From the NCBI RefSeq assembly GCF_018977255.1, contig NW_024704742.1:66962001-67026000 (forward strand): DNA of 64,000 bases. Reading direction: 5' to 3'. This stretch comes from Callorhinchus milii (lineage: Eukaryota). How positions within the stretch are numbered: position 1 is the first letter of the stretch; every line of letters begins with the position of its first letter. The notes under the pieces are model-generated. The model saw only the letters and a list, made by a program, of their open reading frames with translations, was not told the DNA's origin and searched no databases. Shown piece after piece: positions 1-13,137 of this stretch. Made by a program: the position numbers and the translations under genes.

Positions 1-184
1 GGTGTGAGTGGATATATCTCATTATTTTCTTGGGTTTGGGTGGGAGGGCAAGCGTCAGCAGGGTTGGCTCCAAGGTAACATATGTGGTAACAGAATGTTG
101 AAATCAAGTCGGTCCTCTGTGGCAATCTCAGTAGTCCAATTCCTGAAGGAGCCAGGACCACAGTTCTTCAGGGGATTATGGACG

Positions 185-298
185 CAGGGTAATTTCCATG
201 TGTATGCAGCATACATATGTGAAACCCTGTCTGGATTGGATACTCTTAAGCATGGTGATGGGTTTCCGCACATGTCTGACACCCGCTAACCAAAAATA
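185..298 (+). repeat. Unclassified dispersed repeat, 3' fragment
   Basis: ggatactcttaagcatggtgatgggtttcc...gacacccgctaaccaaaa matches 4057-4110, 41222-41290 (rc) and 47183-47250 (rc). Confidence 0.8.
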
Positions 299-1061
299 AT
301 TGGGGAGAAAACACACTCAATTGCCTTGAAAATACCTAAAAAGTTAACACTATTATTGAATTCCATGCTTCATTTGTATTGTGTTAACATTTATGAAACT
401 AACATGCAAATTTTAAATAAAAGATAGGATAAGAGGTTATTAGGATAGGTCAGGAGGTTGCCCTGATGTGAAAGGTGAAATTCAACTTCTTGTTGAAACA
501 GTTGATACTTAACATACATACAGGTGTCTAAACTGTCTTGTTTTGAATAAATAGTGCCAAAGAATCATCCCTGTGTCTCAATTTCTATATGAAGATCATT
601 CTGTTTTAATTAATACGTTTTCTTTTTCTTATGCAGCCTAGTCATAGCAACCAGTGAGGCATATTCCTCCTGGGTGTTGTATGTCTCTAAGCATTGGTGG
701 TAATGTTCAGAGATTGCTACAACCAGATGTTGGTTAATTTACTTGACCTAAGCCATGCCCCATGTATGTAGTAGTTGCATATTTCATAACGGGAGAAAGG
801 CGCATTGTGAAGATAGACTCCTACTCTTAAGAACCAAGGAAAATATCTGGTTTCTTACTATTATTTTAGGTCTGAGCAGTAATTTTAGATCAATGTAACA
901 TCAGAAGTCCTGAATAGTACCTTTAAAACAAGTAAATGTAATACTTTTAACATCTTAAAGTAACAAGATGGGTTACCTTGAATTACTTGGAGTGATACAA
1001 CATGGAAACAGGCCATAGAATGCTGACATTCAATTTATTTTGCTTTGGTGATTTAGATGAG

Positions 1062-1185
1062 GAAGGTATATTGGCCAGGACATCAGTAGAACTTCCTGCT
1101 CCAATTGAAAATTGTTCCATGGGATCTTTAATGTTCATCCAAACGGACAGGCAGGGGAGACCTTGGTTTATTTGTGTAACATCAT
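1062..1185 (-). mobile_element. Deu-domain SINE fragment
   Basis: rc reads taaaccaaggtc...aaagatcccatgg...gtcctggccaata, matching the core at 33460-33550 and 46500-46580. Confidence 0.65.
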
Positions 1186-1374
1186 TGCTAATTGCATTAA
1201 TTAAACTTCAGAAAATTGAAAGATCTCTCCACCTGGCTGGTCAAATTTGCTAAGAAGCATAAACTCAAAGATTTTAACCAGATTCAATTTTGGGTAGATT
1301 GAAAAGAAATTCACAGAGAGGGTTATAACAATAGGGATTACGTTGTCACAAGTAGGCATCGAAACCAAAACCAC

Positions 1375-1908
1375 AGCATGCAAAGGGAATCGGATAGATA
1401 TTTGTGGAGGAATGCAAGGCAGTCCCATTAATAACATGGATGTATGGGTCCAGAAGGTCAGACATCATATTAAAAAAGTAGGAAGAATGGCTAATTTCTG
1501 GGTCTTTGGCTACTGCCAACATCCCTTTGGCGTGTTGCACACTATACACAGGAAGCGCTGCTGACATTATTTCCCTCTGTGCTGTGCATCAGGTGCCATG
1601 TGAAAGCAATGCCACCGATATTGCCTCCTTTAGTGCATCATGGGCACGGGCAACGGGCAAGAAGCTACTTTGGCGCTTGATGACACCGAAGTCAGCCGTT
1701 TGTTAGGGCAGGAAGCTGGCCAGTCCGCACTGGAAGCCCATAGAGCCCCCACATTAAAATCCGACCCATGCCCAATAACAGGGTTCGCTTTAATAAGATA
1801 CGGGGAAAGAATGGAGAATTGTGATGAGAATAGTGGAGGAGCTGAGATCAGGATAGGGTCAAAGGGCCGAATGACCTCCTTCTGTGTTATAATTTCGATG
1901 ATTCTATG
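1375..1908 (+). mobile_element. CR1 3' end fragment interrupted by a possible MITE
   Basis: gggaatcggatagatattt at the left and gggccgaatgacctccttctgtg...atgattctatg tail at the right; unrelated GC-richer insert between. Confidence 0.5.
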
Positions 1909-3424
1909 TTGTGATGGTATAAGTTATAACTTCAGGATTTTTTTTTGTTGGTACTATTGTTGTCTATTCTGAAAGCAACGGCAGTGATTGAAGCCCTCCT
2001 TAGTGCCCTAGACAAAAGTGTCTGTGGTATGAATGAGCTTTGTTCAAAGTCTGGCAATGGAAAAGCTCAGAAGATGTTCCCTTCAAAACTTTATGACATC
2101 TCTCTAACCCGCAAAGCACCAATTCAAAGATTTAGTATGAATTCCCTAACTATGCTTATATAACTTATCTTGAAGACTTGATAAGGCACTATATCAAAAG
2201 CAAGGATGATTATCATGATGCAACGACAGCAGTCTGCAGCAGAAGAACATTTCTGAGGCTAATACATTTTCATCCAATTGATTGCCTCTGATTTTGCAGG
2301 AATATTTTCTAATTTTGTTCCAGGAGTGAACCCTGTTCCCCTTTACTGAATCCAGAAAAAAATTAAGGTGGTTTTGCAGTGGAGTACTGCATAATTTACA
2401 TAAACTGTGTTCAGCAATACAGTAGGTCAAACTGCAATCACTTTATATTAAAAAAAAGCATCAAATCTGCCTGCTTGCAGTTGCGGAGTTGCTGAGCTCT
2501 CAATGTAGGGAGACACCAGGGATATGCGATTCTGCTGCAAACTCTTTCACTGAGACAACTTTGCTTTTCTCCCCCACCCATTCCCACACTTCCTTCACAT
2601 CGTACAGTCACTGCTTGGTCAGTTTGCAGTGGTGTGTGCTGGATAAAAAATTAAGGTCAAGAGATTACTTATTTTACAGGATCTTCATTCTTTCATTTGA
2701 AGGGTCTAACACCCGCCATGAATCAAGACTTGCATCTTTGACTGCACTTTCGGTCGTCTTTCGGACGCCACCCTTGGCTCCCTCCCCCATCTCAGGTACC
2801 CAGCCAAGTGTCCACTTTTTAGGACATCCTCTTAAGGTGAAAGGCTCTTTGTAAACTAAACCTGTATTGTTCGCAATATTGTTCTGCAGTCCGCTTGGGT
2901 TCATCTTTTAACTTAGGGGCTGTATCAAAATGAACTCATGGTAAAGACCCTATGTCGCATTGACTATGAGTTTTCTTCTCCTCCCCCACCTGGACCAGAG
3001 GGTCTTGTGCTGTGTTGGAGTTGCTTCAATTCAAAGAATGAAAATGACATTGCAAAATAAATCATTTGTATTCATGTGGGCAAAATACACGTGGTTTTAA
3101 TTTAGGTTTGGTGCCAGCAGCCACCAGAGCATTCCATGGAGTTAATGCATGATATTCACAGTGGAAATGAAAAAATGTGACTTTGCAGCAAGTTTAATAA
3201 CCATTCTTGGGTAATTCCCCCTTCTATGTTCTGTTTCATTTTGGTTCAAAAATTATCCCAGTTAAAGAAGCCCTTTGCAAAATCTTTTTAGGAATTTGTA
3301 CAACAAAATCATGTTGATTGGAGATAACATTTCAAGTGTGTTCTGCTGTTCTGTGTGGAATTTCAGCGTTTGCTGGAATACATGAAGAAGTGAGACTGGA
3401 AATCAACTTCTATTGATCTGCAGT

Positions 3425-3605
3425 TTTACCTGTCAAGTATGGTTGGTAAAATGAGATTCTCAATGTGAAGGATGTAGAATGGAGCACTTTCTGAGTCCAA
3501 TAGTCAGCAACAAGCACTCCCAGGTTGGGTGCAGAATGGGCTATAAACAGAGCCTTTACTCTGCTCTGACCTCCAATAAACATCTTGCGATATTTCAATT
3601 TCCTA
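3425..3605 (-). mobile_element. Ancient SINE relic, AmnSINE2-like
   Basis: rc contains acctgggagtgcttgttgctgac...gtgctccattc...catccttcacattga; family assignment from recalled consensus only. Confidence 0.4.
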
Positions 3606-3699
3606 TGCCAGTCACCTTGTGGCCTGTCTGAGTCCAGTATAATTCAATGTTACAACTTGTGAGTTTTCATCACCCTGACGTTTTTCAATGTATTAGCCA

Positions 3700-4114
3700 C
3701 CAGTTGATCAGTCACTGGGGGCAGGGAGTCATCCCACTCAGCTCCTGTTAACCCTGCAAGCCAAAACCCTTACAGGGAGGGTGGTCCCAGCTGGACAAGT
3801 AGCGGTAAAGCTTGTCAGACAGCAATATCAATGGCAAGCTATGTGGTTTTAGCTGGTCAGACTCTAGCAGTACCCCAATGCAAACTCTGGGGTCCCCAAG
3901 CTTTGGCTTTTGCCAACCTGCGCCTGATACTTTCCAGAATTAGGTAAACAGGATGTGTCCCTCCAGGGAGAGAGAGAGCACATTCCATTCCAACAATCTA
4001 TCTCTGGGATTTCCATTTTAGGTGGGATGCATGGAATTCTCAGTTCAGTTTAGTTTGGATATTCTTAAGCATGGTGATGGATTGTGTCAGACATCCGACT
4101 GACCAAAATAAAAT
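3700..4114 (+). repeat. Unclassified ~400-bp dispersed repeat, longest contiguous copy
   Basis: Colinear with rc of 47183-47363 plus 47676-47857 and rc of 41220-41490; ends gaccaaaataaaa. Confidence 0.85.
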
Positions 4115-4676
4115 GTATTAGCTGCAGTTTCTGCAAGCTAAATCCTGATCCCTTTTCAATTGTAGAACTTACACTTCTGTTTATCAGCAGTTGGTGAGTC
4201 CATGCCTGAGGGGTTAACAATTACCTTGAACAGATTCAGGAGAGTACAAGATTTTATTTAGTGACTCACCCTGGTGCCAAAGTCTTTTTTTCAAAATGTT
4301 GGATGTGAGCAGCTGAGGCAGCATCAGCATTTATTGCCTATCCCTCATTTCTGTGAGGTGCTGGCGGGCTATCTTTTTTTACATAGCTGCAGTGCAGTGT
4401 TCGTTAGCTACACTAATAATTTCAGACAGGAGTAGTCCATTTTTCCATTGAGCCAACCCATTCAAGTTCTCACATAATTTATTTGGTTTATCCATACGTC
4501 GCCTTTTGCTCTATGCATGGAATTTGCTTTCTTCTTGCACAAAATAATGGATGGTGAGTAACCACTTCTGTTGAATTATGGGGAAGCAGACACTGCCTCT
4601 CTCAAAATTGGAGGCTTGGAGTGGATAGATTTCTGAAGCCATCAGTATCTTGTGCAATAGCAATAAAGAAAGCATA

Positions 4677-4935
4677 CAACAACAATAAATTACATTTGTA
4701 CAGTACCTTCCACTTCAGGAGGTTGTCCCAAGGTGCTGGCTTAAGAGATCTGGATCTCTGGTTGAAGAGGAGGGTCTTGATACATGCCTTGAAGGGGGGT
4801 GGGGGGGAGAGGCAAAGGGACTCTGGGATGGAGTTCCAAAGGATGGAGGCAGAAAGACTGAATGTCTGACTGCCAATGGTGGGGCGGGTAGGGTGGGGAG
4901 ATGTGGAGCAGGCCGGAGCCTGCTGAGTGGACAGG
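4677..4935 (-). mobile_element. L2 LINE 3' fragment
   Basis: (AAC)n tail, then gggatggagttccaaag (rc of the LWNSIP-coding segment). Confidence 0.85.
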
Positions 4936-5180
4936 ACAGATTTAAAGAGCTGAAGTGGAAATCATAGGAAGTGATGCTGAGCTTGTACAAGTACTGGTCT
5001 GATCCCACCTGAAGTATTGAGTTCAATTCTGATTGCTACATTACAGTAAAACACTTTTGGCATTAGTGGTGGTACAGGACAACTAGATTGGCATTTGGAA
5101 TTAGGCACTTAAGTTAGGTGTAGAGACTAAGGAAGCTAGGAATGTTCACAATGGAGAGAATGCTTAAGGACCATCTTATA

Positions 5181-5285
5181 ATAATAACAGTAATAATAAT
5201 CCTTGCATTTGATATAGCACCTTATCACTTCTTCGAGACGTCTCAATGCATTTCACAAGATATACTGTTAAGTGGATTGACTATG
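5181..5285 (-). mobile_element. SINE 3' tail fragment
   Basis: aataataatccttgcatttgatatagc signature. Confidence 0.85.
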
Positions 5286-6149
5286 TGGAACAGGAGAGGC
5301 AGATTGCACAAATTCAAGTGAAAATGAAATAGCTGTCGATGAGGAATTGAATTAAGCACATGAGAGAGGGAGAAAGGAGTGTAGAAACATGTTTACGTTT
5401 TAATTTTTACTTTGAGACTGGCTTAATGGACTGCAATTCCGGTCCTATACATTCTTATGGTTTTTATAATTAGTTCCTTACACTAAAATGAAATATCAGT
5501 AGCATACGTTTTTCTTTGAAGTCTGAACCTTACTTGATTTTAAATGAGATTTCCTAACATTCTGTGTTATGCTGCAGACATTGTTGTAATAGTGTTATGG
5601 TAGGGTGAGTAAATTGCTTAGTTCCTTCATATAATTAGCAGGCAAATGGTAAGCCCCTTTTCTAACAGACTACCCATTCAAAAATAAATGACCATTCAAT
5701 TAATGTTAGCAGAAAACATAAGATTACTCTTATGCAACAAAGATCACTCTGTATTAAGTTTTCAGTAATTTTTGACTCCTCACATCCACTATGAGATAGA
5801 TTGGGACTTTCTTTTCATCAGTCTGATATGAATTTGAATGCAGATCCCAAAGTTGAAAAGGTATGTTTTAAAGATTTGTGTGGAACATATATTGCAGATG
5901 TACCTCAGATGTGATCAACTGGTGGTACAGAGCACTGGTTATTCGTGTTATCGATTACGTTCAAACTGAATTCCTCATTCTCAACAGGGCCATTTAGATT
6001 AGAAGCTGAACTTTCTCACAAGAAGAGAGGGAAAATTTGAAGGCAATTTACTCCATCCAAATTGTTACTCCAGATTATACTCACTCATTTTACAACATCA
6101 GAGCATACCCCTTCAAATATCCTTCTAATCCTCTCAAATAATGCTAAAA

Positions 6150-6304
6150 TAATTGTGGTCAATCAATCCATGACGGGACACTGCTGTGCGCAATTGTCCA
6201 CAAAATATACAGTCGCTACACTTTGCAGTGTATTCTGTGAGGTACTTTGAGACGTCTCAATGACATGATGAGGAACTATAGCAATTGAAAGAATTATTAT
6301 TATT
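6150..6304 (+). mobile_element. SINE 3' half
   Basis: gggacactgctgtgcgcaatt...gagacgtctc...attattattatt. Confidence 0.8.
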
Positions 6305-6689
6305 AGATAGCAGTATTGGAAGTTGTCTCAGCCTATTTCAGCTAGGGAATGTGAGGGGATCTGAAAGGGGAAGACAGGGGCTGAATTCAAAGACCACAGG
6401 TTAATGTTTGCTATTTGATTAGGTTCACTTGTTATTTACTTTGATAGCTGAATTCATCGCACCTCGGATTAGGAAGCTTGTGGGTACAATACCATGGCAT
6501 AAATCAAGAAATGTTCAATCAAGAAATTTGTCAACCATGATGATTGGCCACCAGTGGTCCAGGCTGACGCTCCAAAGCGATCCAAAGATGTTCAACCTGT
6601 CTGCCTGTTCAAGTACTCCGGGATACAACCTCCGCATGAAGGGCACTATATAAATGCAAGTTGTTGTTGTTGATGTACTGGTGGATGCT

Positions 6690-6922
6690 CAATATCTTAT
6701 GTCACTGTTCAAAAATAGAAGGGAGTTTTGCCTGGTGTCCTGACCATCAATCCTCTAGAACATCGGTCACTCACTTCATGGCTGTTTGAGATTGCTGTTC
6801 ACAAATTAGCCATCACATTCACGTACAAATGTCACAGTCACCACACTTTACACTATATACTGTGAAGCACTTTGAGATGTGTTTCTAACGTGAAAGGTGC
6901 TAAATCAAATATAAGGATTTTT
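6690..6922 (+). mobile_element. Deu-domain SINE, 3' half
   Basis: gggagttttgcctggtgtcctgacca core plus gtgaagcactttgag...gtgaaaggtgcta tail. Confidence 0.65.
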
Positions 6923-7899
6923 GAAGAGATTGTTTGCCCAAAAACGTATTCACACAGTGAATGTCCTTCGGAACTATTCAATTTCTCTGTTTGCTCGTGT
7001 ACATGGAGGGAATTAATTTTTTAATATAAATATATTTTCCATAGCTGTTCAAGCATTTTATAAACCATTTTATATGTAGACAAATGTTCTTTAGAATAGT
7101 AGAAATTAAGCTTTTATTTCTGCAGAACCTAGACTGAGCATGCTCAGGGCTGTATTTTGAAGAAAATGAAATTAAGGGCAAGAATCTTCTTTGATAAAGA
7201 CATCTGTCTTGGCCAACATTATTATTTTCCTGTGGGATTTTTTCCATTATATTAAGCATGGTCTCTTATCATAATCGTGAGTTAATAGAGGATATATGTA
7301 ATCATTAAAGGCAAAGTAACAGATCGATAGAAGCTGTAGAGAGTGTGGTTTTGTGGTGGTGTGCTAAGTGCATTTGTCTCTTTTTTATAAAAGTGTGTTC
7401 CAACTACAAATGCAGTAGTAATCAATGCTTGGTAACATTTAGCAAGTTTAACTAGATGTCATAAGGGAGCACTAATGCCTTGAAGATGTTCATGGGCATC
7501 TTTACTAGGTTGAGGTAGGAAAATGCCCAGCAACAGATTGTGACTCAGATTAGACCAATGCACGTAGCAAGCACATTTCGATTATCAATCAATGAGCAAT
7601 GCATGCTATATGCAATTCAAGGCTGGAGCCAATGAGCACTTAAAACTGTAAGGGGTGTAATCTTTGCAATACAGATAAAAAACAGCTAGCTGGGGGTGGG
7701 GGCTGAGTCAGAATTTCAGGCTAAGTGTAATTACAATGCCAATACCAACATTTTTCGGCACTGTTCTTTTTTAATGTGCAAATAAACTATCTTTGGCTTT
7801 TGTAGTCACTCATTGTAGCAGGCCTACACATGAACATTGTGAAAGTTGGCCATTGTAAAGATTAGCAAGAGCAGTGAGGCAGACAAAAATATAACACAG

Positions 7900-8504
7900 G
7901 CTTTCCCCACCTCCAGAACATCGCTCGGCTCCGCCACCATCTCATGCCACATTCATAACATTCAAGCTTGACTACCCAAACTTCCTGCTTGTCGGCCTCT
8001 CCAACTCCTCCCTCCAGAGACTGCAGATCATCCAGAACTCTGCCGGGTCATCTTCCACACCAGGCTCCGTGACCCTATCAGCTCCCTCCTTGCCGGACTC
8101 CACTGGCTTCCAATCACACAGAGGATACAGTTCAAGATCCTGATCCACATTTTCAAAGCCCTCCATGGCCTTGCTCCCCCCTACCTCTGCAAACTTCTAA
8201 CCTCTACCAACCTGCCAGCTCCCTCTGCTCAACAGGCTTTGGCCTGCTTCACGTCTCGCGCCTTGCTCGCCCCACCATTGGCGGGTGGGCCTTCTGCCAT
8301 TCTGCCCTCATTCCCTCCCTTGCCTCTTTCAAGACCCATCTCAAGACCCTCCTTCGACCATGCCTTCGGTCACCCTTCTTTCCCCCCACCACCACCCTCC
8401 ACAATCCTCACCCCCAGCTCGAGTCCGAAACACTGATTGTCCTGTGCCTTGGGACGGCCTCCCGACATGAAAGGCACTATACAAATGTCATTTTGCTGTT
8501 GTTG
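7900..8504 (+). mobile_element. L2 LINE, 5'-truncated and degraded
   Basis: Encodes remnants of LQIIQNSA, LHWLP and FKIL; terminal gggacggcctcccgacatgaaaggcactatacaaatg plus (TTG)n. Confidence 0.92.
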
Positions 8505-8845
8505 CTCAGCAGGGGGTTGGCGTGTCCCAGGAGAGTTAGGAGTCAGGAGTCTACGTGCAGCCCGCAGAAATGTTCCCGGTCTGGCTTGGTTCGAATTCTG
8601 GATACTCAGAGTCTGGTAAACCACAGGTTTACTGTATTACAAAAGTAAATTGTGATCATTTATTGAAAGAATAACAGCACTTTTAGAATTAGACAGTTAA
8701 TCACCACTGGTGAGGTTCCAGCAAACTGGAAGCAGCAAATGTAGGTCCCACACCAGAATAGTGGCAGGAACATACCTGTCAACCACAGACCCATTAGCCT
8801 GACCTAAACAACTGGTAAAATGTTGGAGTGAATCATCAGAAAGAA

Positions 8846-9201
8846 AATAATAATAATCCTTGCATTTGATATAGCGACTTATCACTTTTGAGACGTCTCA
8901 AAGCGCTTCACAGAATATATTGTAAAGTGAATTGACTGTATATTTTTGTGAGCGAAACACAGCAGGCCCAGCAGTGTCCCACAAACAGTTGTGGATTCAA
9001 GTGACCAATTTATTATTTTTTTTGAAGGGATTATAACCCCTGGAAAAATGATCCGCCAATCGACTAACAACTGATTCCTATTTACTGCTAGGTAAACAGA
9101 GGAGTAAGGAAATTTGCCCAACATTTTGCCTTACCAGGAATCGAATCCAGGTCTCTCGCTTATGAGATGAGTGCTCTAACCGCGGAGCTACAGGATTCCA
9201 C
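8846..9201 (-). mobile_element. Full-length tRNA-derived SINE with L2-type tail, long form
   Basis: rc head gtggaatcctgtagctccgcggttagagc...ggattcgattcc (A and B boxes); (ATT)n tail. Confidence 0.95.
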
Positions 9202-10139
9202 AATGGAAGCTTACTTGAACAAAAATAACCTCATAAATGACAGCTAGCACAGATTCAAAAGGAGAGATCTTGTCTGATCAACCTTACAGACCTTTTTGAG
9301 GAGATGACATCCCAAATATACATTTGACAAACACCATACAAAAGACTCTTTTACAAACTGAGGTCACTCGATATCAAGGACATGGTTTCAGAATTGGCTA
9401 AAGGGAACGAAGCAGAAAGTTATGTTAGAAGAGCTACTTGAAAATAGCAGGAGGTATTAAGAAAGGTGACAGAACTATACTGGCAGAAGTCTGTATTGCG
9501 ACCAATCCTGTTCCTTACATACATTAATGAACTAGATTTGCAGATTCATTGTAAGGTACAGCAGCACATTTGCAGATAACACCAATTTGGGGGGATAAAC
9601 TGTGCAGGGTACGGATGATTTATTGGCTGATGATTGAATTTTAATACAGATAATTGCAAGGCACTGCATGTATATAGTGAGTGAAATTAGGAGACGCGTG
9701 TACTCCATGGATTAGATGGAACTTTCCAAGGGGGAAGCTGAAAGAGATCTAAAGGTGTTAGATGACTCATCACTCACCATGTCAAAAACAGTGTGAGGCA
9801 GCAATTAGATACATTGGATGATGGCCTATATTGTCGAATGAGTTGAGTTCAGATGCCTAGAAGTTGCACGCTAACTGTATGGTATTCTTGATCAGGGTGT
9901 ACCTGTGTACAGTTCTATTTGCCATGACAAAAGGCTGAGTTGTTGAGGCAGTTTAGAGGAGAGCAATAAGGATAATAATAATCAACCTTACAATTAGTAC
10001 AGCGCTTATCATGTCAAGAGGACATCCCAAAGTACTTCACAGAATATACTGTAAAGTGGATTGACTGTTTTTCGTGGGCAGATGATCCTGTGTTAGAGAA
10101 ATGAGCTATAAGCAATGATTAGACAAGTTAAGGCTGTTC

Positions 10140-10487
10140 GTGCTCCCGTTGTTGAACACCTGCATCCTCGTTCAGCTTCCACTGGCTCCTCATCCCCTCC
10201 AAGGGATTGAATTTAAGAACCTCATCTTCGCTTTTAAAGCCCTCCACAGTCTTGCCTCACCCTACCTCTGCAACCTGTTAAAATGTTACCAATCTGCTAA
10301 AATCTTAACTAGCTGCCCGTTACCTCCGCTTGGCAGGCACTGGCCTGCACCCTGTCCCCCGCCCATCCCGCCATCGGCAGTTGGGCTTTCAGCTTTTCTG
10401 CTCCCAACCCCTTTGATTGTCCAGTACTTTGGGAAGTCCTCCTGACGTGAATAATAATAATGCAATATAGATGTAATTTGTTATTGT
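10140..10487 (+). mobile_element. L2 3' fragment
   Basis: IEFKNLIFAFKALHSLASPYL in ORF 10140..10445; L2-type end. Confidence 0.85.
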
Positions 10488-11589
10488 CTTCGCTTGTGAA
10501 AGGAGAAGTCTCAAAGGGTACCTTATAGAGGTATATAAGACTCTAAATGGGATTAAGAAAGTAAACCCAGAACAATACTGGTGGATGCAATGAGACTGCA
10601 GAATAAGAGGACATAGGTTTATAGTTGCAAAGGGCAGATCAACAGCAGAAAGCTTTCTTTACCTAGAGGGTAATTAACAACTGGAACAGGTTGCCAGGAA
10701 GGGAGGTTGAGGCCGGTATTTTGAACTTGTTTTTTAAAAAACACAAAACAAAAAAAAAAAGCTTGATGCTGTGATGGGAAAGTGGGTATTCTGAAAGAAC
10801 GTGATCTTAATAAAATAATAATAGCCCTTCATCCAAACCTCTCTTGTGAATTTGTACCCGAATAGGTAAGCATTTACATGAGGTTAACCAAAGACTCATG
10901 ATATTTATATATTCATCAATGCAACATTTTACACTATGAAACTTGGAACACTATGAAACACGTGATTATGGAGTCTGATTTGGCACAATGAAATTAATTG
11001 TTCTCCCCATCATATCATCACCTGGAATTAGTGTTCTCCTTTACACGTTTAGAATGATGTGATGTACCATAGTCACAGATTACATAACTGTCTATTACCT
11101 GAGATAGATGGGATTCCCCACTAGGCTACTGTCCTCAATTGCATGGTGTTAGATCTTGTGGATTACATCCCTTGGGCCACATCAGACCTGCAGACTTCTA
11201 TGTTGCTCTTAATGGAACAATCTTCAAAAACTGTCATCATTTTCCTATGTATTACCTGTTCATCATAATTTAGCATTTCTTTATGCAAATACATATCCTT
11301 AGTTTTCAACTGTATAACCTTGTACCAAATGTATAACCTTATGCTTCACATGTGGGGTGGACTTTAAGCCATTTTGGCGCCTGCTCTCTAAGACCTAACT
11401 TCTCCACCGAACTTTCAGTCATCTTTCCCTCTCTCCCCACCTTGGGTACCTCACCAGCTGCTTGAATTGAATTGTTTGGAGACTTCTTCGTAACATGAAA
11501 GGCGCAATATAAATGCAAATTGTGTTGGAATGACAGTGGAGTCCTTCGGCATTCAGTTCCACCTTATTTTCATCTTCATATTATCATCA

Positions 11590-11710
11590 TTATTATAATG
11601 TAATCCTTGCTTTTGATATAGCGCCTTATCGTGTTGTTGAGACGTCTCAAAGCGCTTCATAGTGTATGCTGTAAATTGATTGACTGTGTATTTCGTGGGA
11701 GAAACGTGGC
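11590..11710 (-). mobile_element. SINE 3' fragment
   Basis: taatccttgcttttgatatagcgccttatc...gagacgtctcaaagcgcttca. Confidence 0.85.
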
Positions 11711-12801
11711 ATATCCTTACAAACCTACTTGTTCCCACAGACTTTCATATCCTTGCTATTTGCATATGCTTCTCTTTCGGTTTGACTCACAAGCCTTCTA
11801 ACATTGACATGAATATGATCAGCTTGATTCAATAAACGTTTAAGAAGTCTGAATTTTAGGTTTGCAGTAGCTCCATCTTGGCTGCCGCCCTCATTTCTGT
11901 GCCTTGCAGATGTTCACGTTTAAGTGCACATAAATAAGGCCACTTGGGTAATGTTCCTTTGATATCCAGTGCTCGTGCAACTGTTCCTCAGCAAAAGCAG
12001 CTGAGGAGAGATGAGAAAATTTAAGAAAACTATATTCTTTAGTATTGACTTCCATTCATTAAGTAAATCATTCATTTGTAAGTCGAATGCAAATGAGTTC
12101 TGCATTATTTAAATAACATGAAGTAAAGGCTTCAATTCTTTCAAAAAAAATTGATTACATTGTATAAATATCACTGTTCTGAGCACTCCAAGATGCCATC
12201 TGGTGTGAAGGGCGCCATGTAAATGCAAGTTGTTGTTGTTCTGAAGAGGGTTGATGACTTGATTTTATTGAGCAGACGTGTAGATTATTTCTTCTAATTC
12301 ATATGACAATTTGGGAAATCTATTATAAGGCAATTCATTCAAATATCAAAGGGAAAACATCTGCTAATGAACTACAGTAATTAACTACAGGGAGGAGAAT
12401 TTGCATTTTCAGACATAATATTTATGTTGGTAGAAATGCGGGATTGCGTTATGATGTGTAGTGTTACTGTAGAAACTGATGAGGGTCATTATTGCTTTGC
12501 TAGCAGCTACTCTATCCCTTCACTACATGCTGTCAAAATCCTATTTATTTTAATTAAGGTTTAAGAATGTAGGAGTTGCTTTTTAAAGAAAAAAATTGAC
12601 CAAATGGAGCTGTTGTCATGGCCTGGGTAATTCATAGTTGAGAATGAAGCAATCATGAAGGTTGTCTTTACTTTAATAATGCACAATAATATTTGAATTT
12701 AATATGGCGTCTTATGTTGTCGAGACGTCTCAGAGTGCTTCATAGAATATATAGGAAAACGCCATTTGCCTGTGCATTCTATCTTTAATAAAAAGGCACT
12801 G

Positions 12802-12868
12802 ATAATAATAATAATCCTTGCATTTGATATAGTGCTTTTCACGTCTTCTAGACGTCTCAAAGTGCACT
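12802..12868 (-). mobile_element. SINE tail, TAGAA-loop variant
   Basis: (AAT)n ccttgcatttgatatagtgcttttcacgtcttctagacgtc. Confidence 0.85.
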
Positions 12869-13137
12869 ACATACTTTATTATTTGAACATTTGCCAAATA
12901 TTTCCTTATTTGTGTTCTTGTTCTGTTTGGAAGGATGTATAAAATTATTGAAAGCTATCTGTATTTCTTATGACGTTTTGATTGAGTCCTCCAACCCCAG
13001 CCCTCTGACTGATTAGCGAATTAGCATTAAGCAAATTAAATTCAAATGGAGCGAGAATGCCAAACCTAATCTTATAAAAACTAAAATAGCGACAATAATG
13101 GATGTTTATTGCTATCATCTAAAGAGCAGGATGTTTT

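Larger units (their letters stand above)
8700..10790 (+). mobile_element. Degraded CR1 ORF2 (RT to C-terminus) fragmented by younger insertions
   Basis: GEVP..WK, RPISLT, GKMLE, FADNT (FADD-like) and KGYLIEVYK remnants; interrupted by SINE 8846-9201, tail 9972-10080 and L2 10140-10487. Confidence 0.85.

Noticed and set aside
2680..2795. Exon-like segment (ttttacag ... caggtacc)
   Set aside because: Weak donor, two frames closed, no recognisable peptide; cannot be supported without RNA data
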